A stretch of 62,657 nt of DNA, the filler included, from Sluysia triapertura (lineage: Eukaryota), in assembly GCA_046118255.1 (NCBI GenBank). It is 5 parts of 5 records of this genome, joined end to end, with 100 filler letters (N's around TTAATTAATTAA, not from the genome) between each part and the next. Parts side by side here need not be neighbours in the genome. Positions count along the whole stretch, not along the records: positions 51,769 to 62,657 come from JBJNIA010191963.1; 4 more parts are not named here. One strand, given 5' to 3'. The translations under genes and the position numbers were made by a program. This document shows positions 62,001 through 62,657 of the stretch, one piece after another. The notes beneath the pieces are model-generated. The model saw only the letters and a program-made list of their open reading frames with translations. It was not told the DNA's origin and ran no database searches. Each line of letters opens with the position of its first letter. The first letter of the stretch is position 1.

Positions 62001-62657
62001 TTTATTTTAAAGAAGCAACTCTAAACTAACACTTCAGGCAGCATAATAAATACTGTTTCAGTAAAGACAACTTAAAGCTACACATCACAGATAATATTTA
62101 GTATAAAATTTTACATAAGTAATTTGTGTGTATTATTATATGGTAAAATTTTAAAATTTATTTTAAGATGTATCTCACGTTATTTTGAATAAATCAAAAA
62201 ATTCGAATAATTTGTTAATATGTCTGTCTTAGAGACCATGTTTATTGAAAGTATCAGCTGCCGCGGCCATTAATTTTGCATTACCTTAATATTTTCATAG
62301 AAATTTTATTTCAGATAATTAAAGAATTTATAATGAGAATATTTTTAAGAGTTTTAAAGTTTTAGTTTTAAATTTTATATATATTATTAATTAATAATTA
62401 CAATACGAATTAAATAATTAAATAACAATAGTCAATTAAATCTTCAAAAACTATATACGCAAATTACTACAATTCGTACAATGAGGGTACTTATTCAGTT
62501 AAATGATGATCGCTTTAACTTCAAAGTTCCAACTACATGTGTATGTGTAATCAAGGTATGTCTATAGTCAACTACTTAATTCCGAGCAATACTTATATTT
62601 TTGTTATATAGCTAATTTCTAATTACCTTTAAATGGTCCTTTAATTAATTAAATGAA

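Overview
Very AT-rich eukaryotic scaffold, probably an invertebrate with short GT-AG introns. Four assembly gaps are padded as N44-TTAATTAATTAA-N44, so links across them are only inferred. Recognisable host genes are limited to a divergent pair near 41 kb: a tetraspanin (-) and protein-L-isoaspartate O-methyltransferase PCMT1 (+). PCMT1 has 34- and 67-nt introns plus an 8.3-kb intron full of transposon debris. Most of the rest is a nest of decayed LTR retroelements, plus one hAT transposon. Removing nested insertions by their target-site duplications reveals two independent copies (15.1-23.6 kb + and 42.6-48.8 kb -) of a Ty3/gypsy-type element with the unusual order gag - chuvirus-type glycoprotein (env) - PR, followed by RT-RH-IN in copy 1 and only the start of RT in copy 2. 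The glycoprotein tail runs directly into the protease. A multi-ORF accessory cassette (6.3-9.7 kb, partly repeated at 44-46 kb) appears to be the 3' region of this or a related element. It encodes a membrane protein, a RING-H2, an Arg-rich peptide and an NLS/SIM peptide. A second TG...CA family carries SUMO/ubiquitin-related cargo (PIAS SP-RING + SIM, UBZ-like finger). The LTRs contain arrays of covarying bulged-A hairpins and a conserved stem-loop near their 3' ends. All protein assignments are by eye from motifs; no searches were run.
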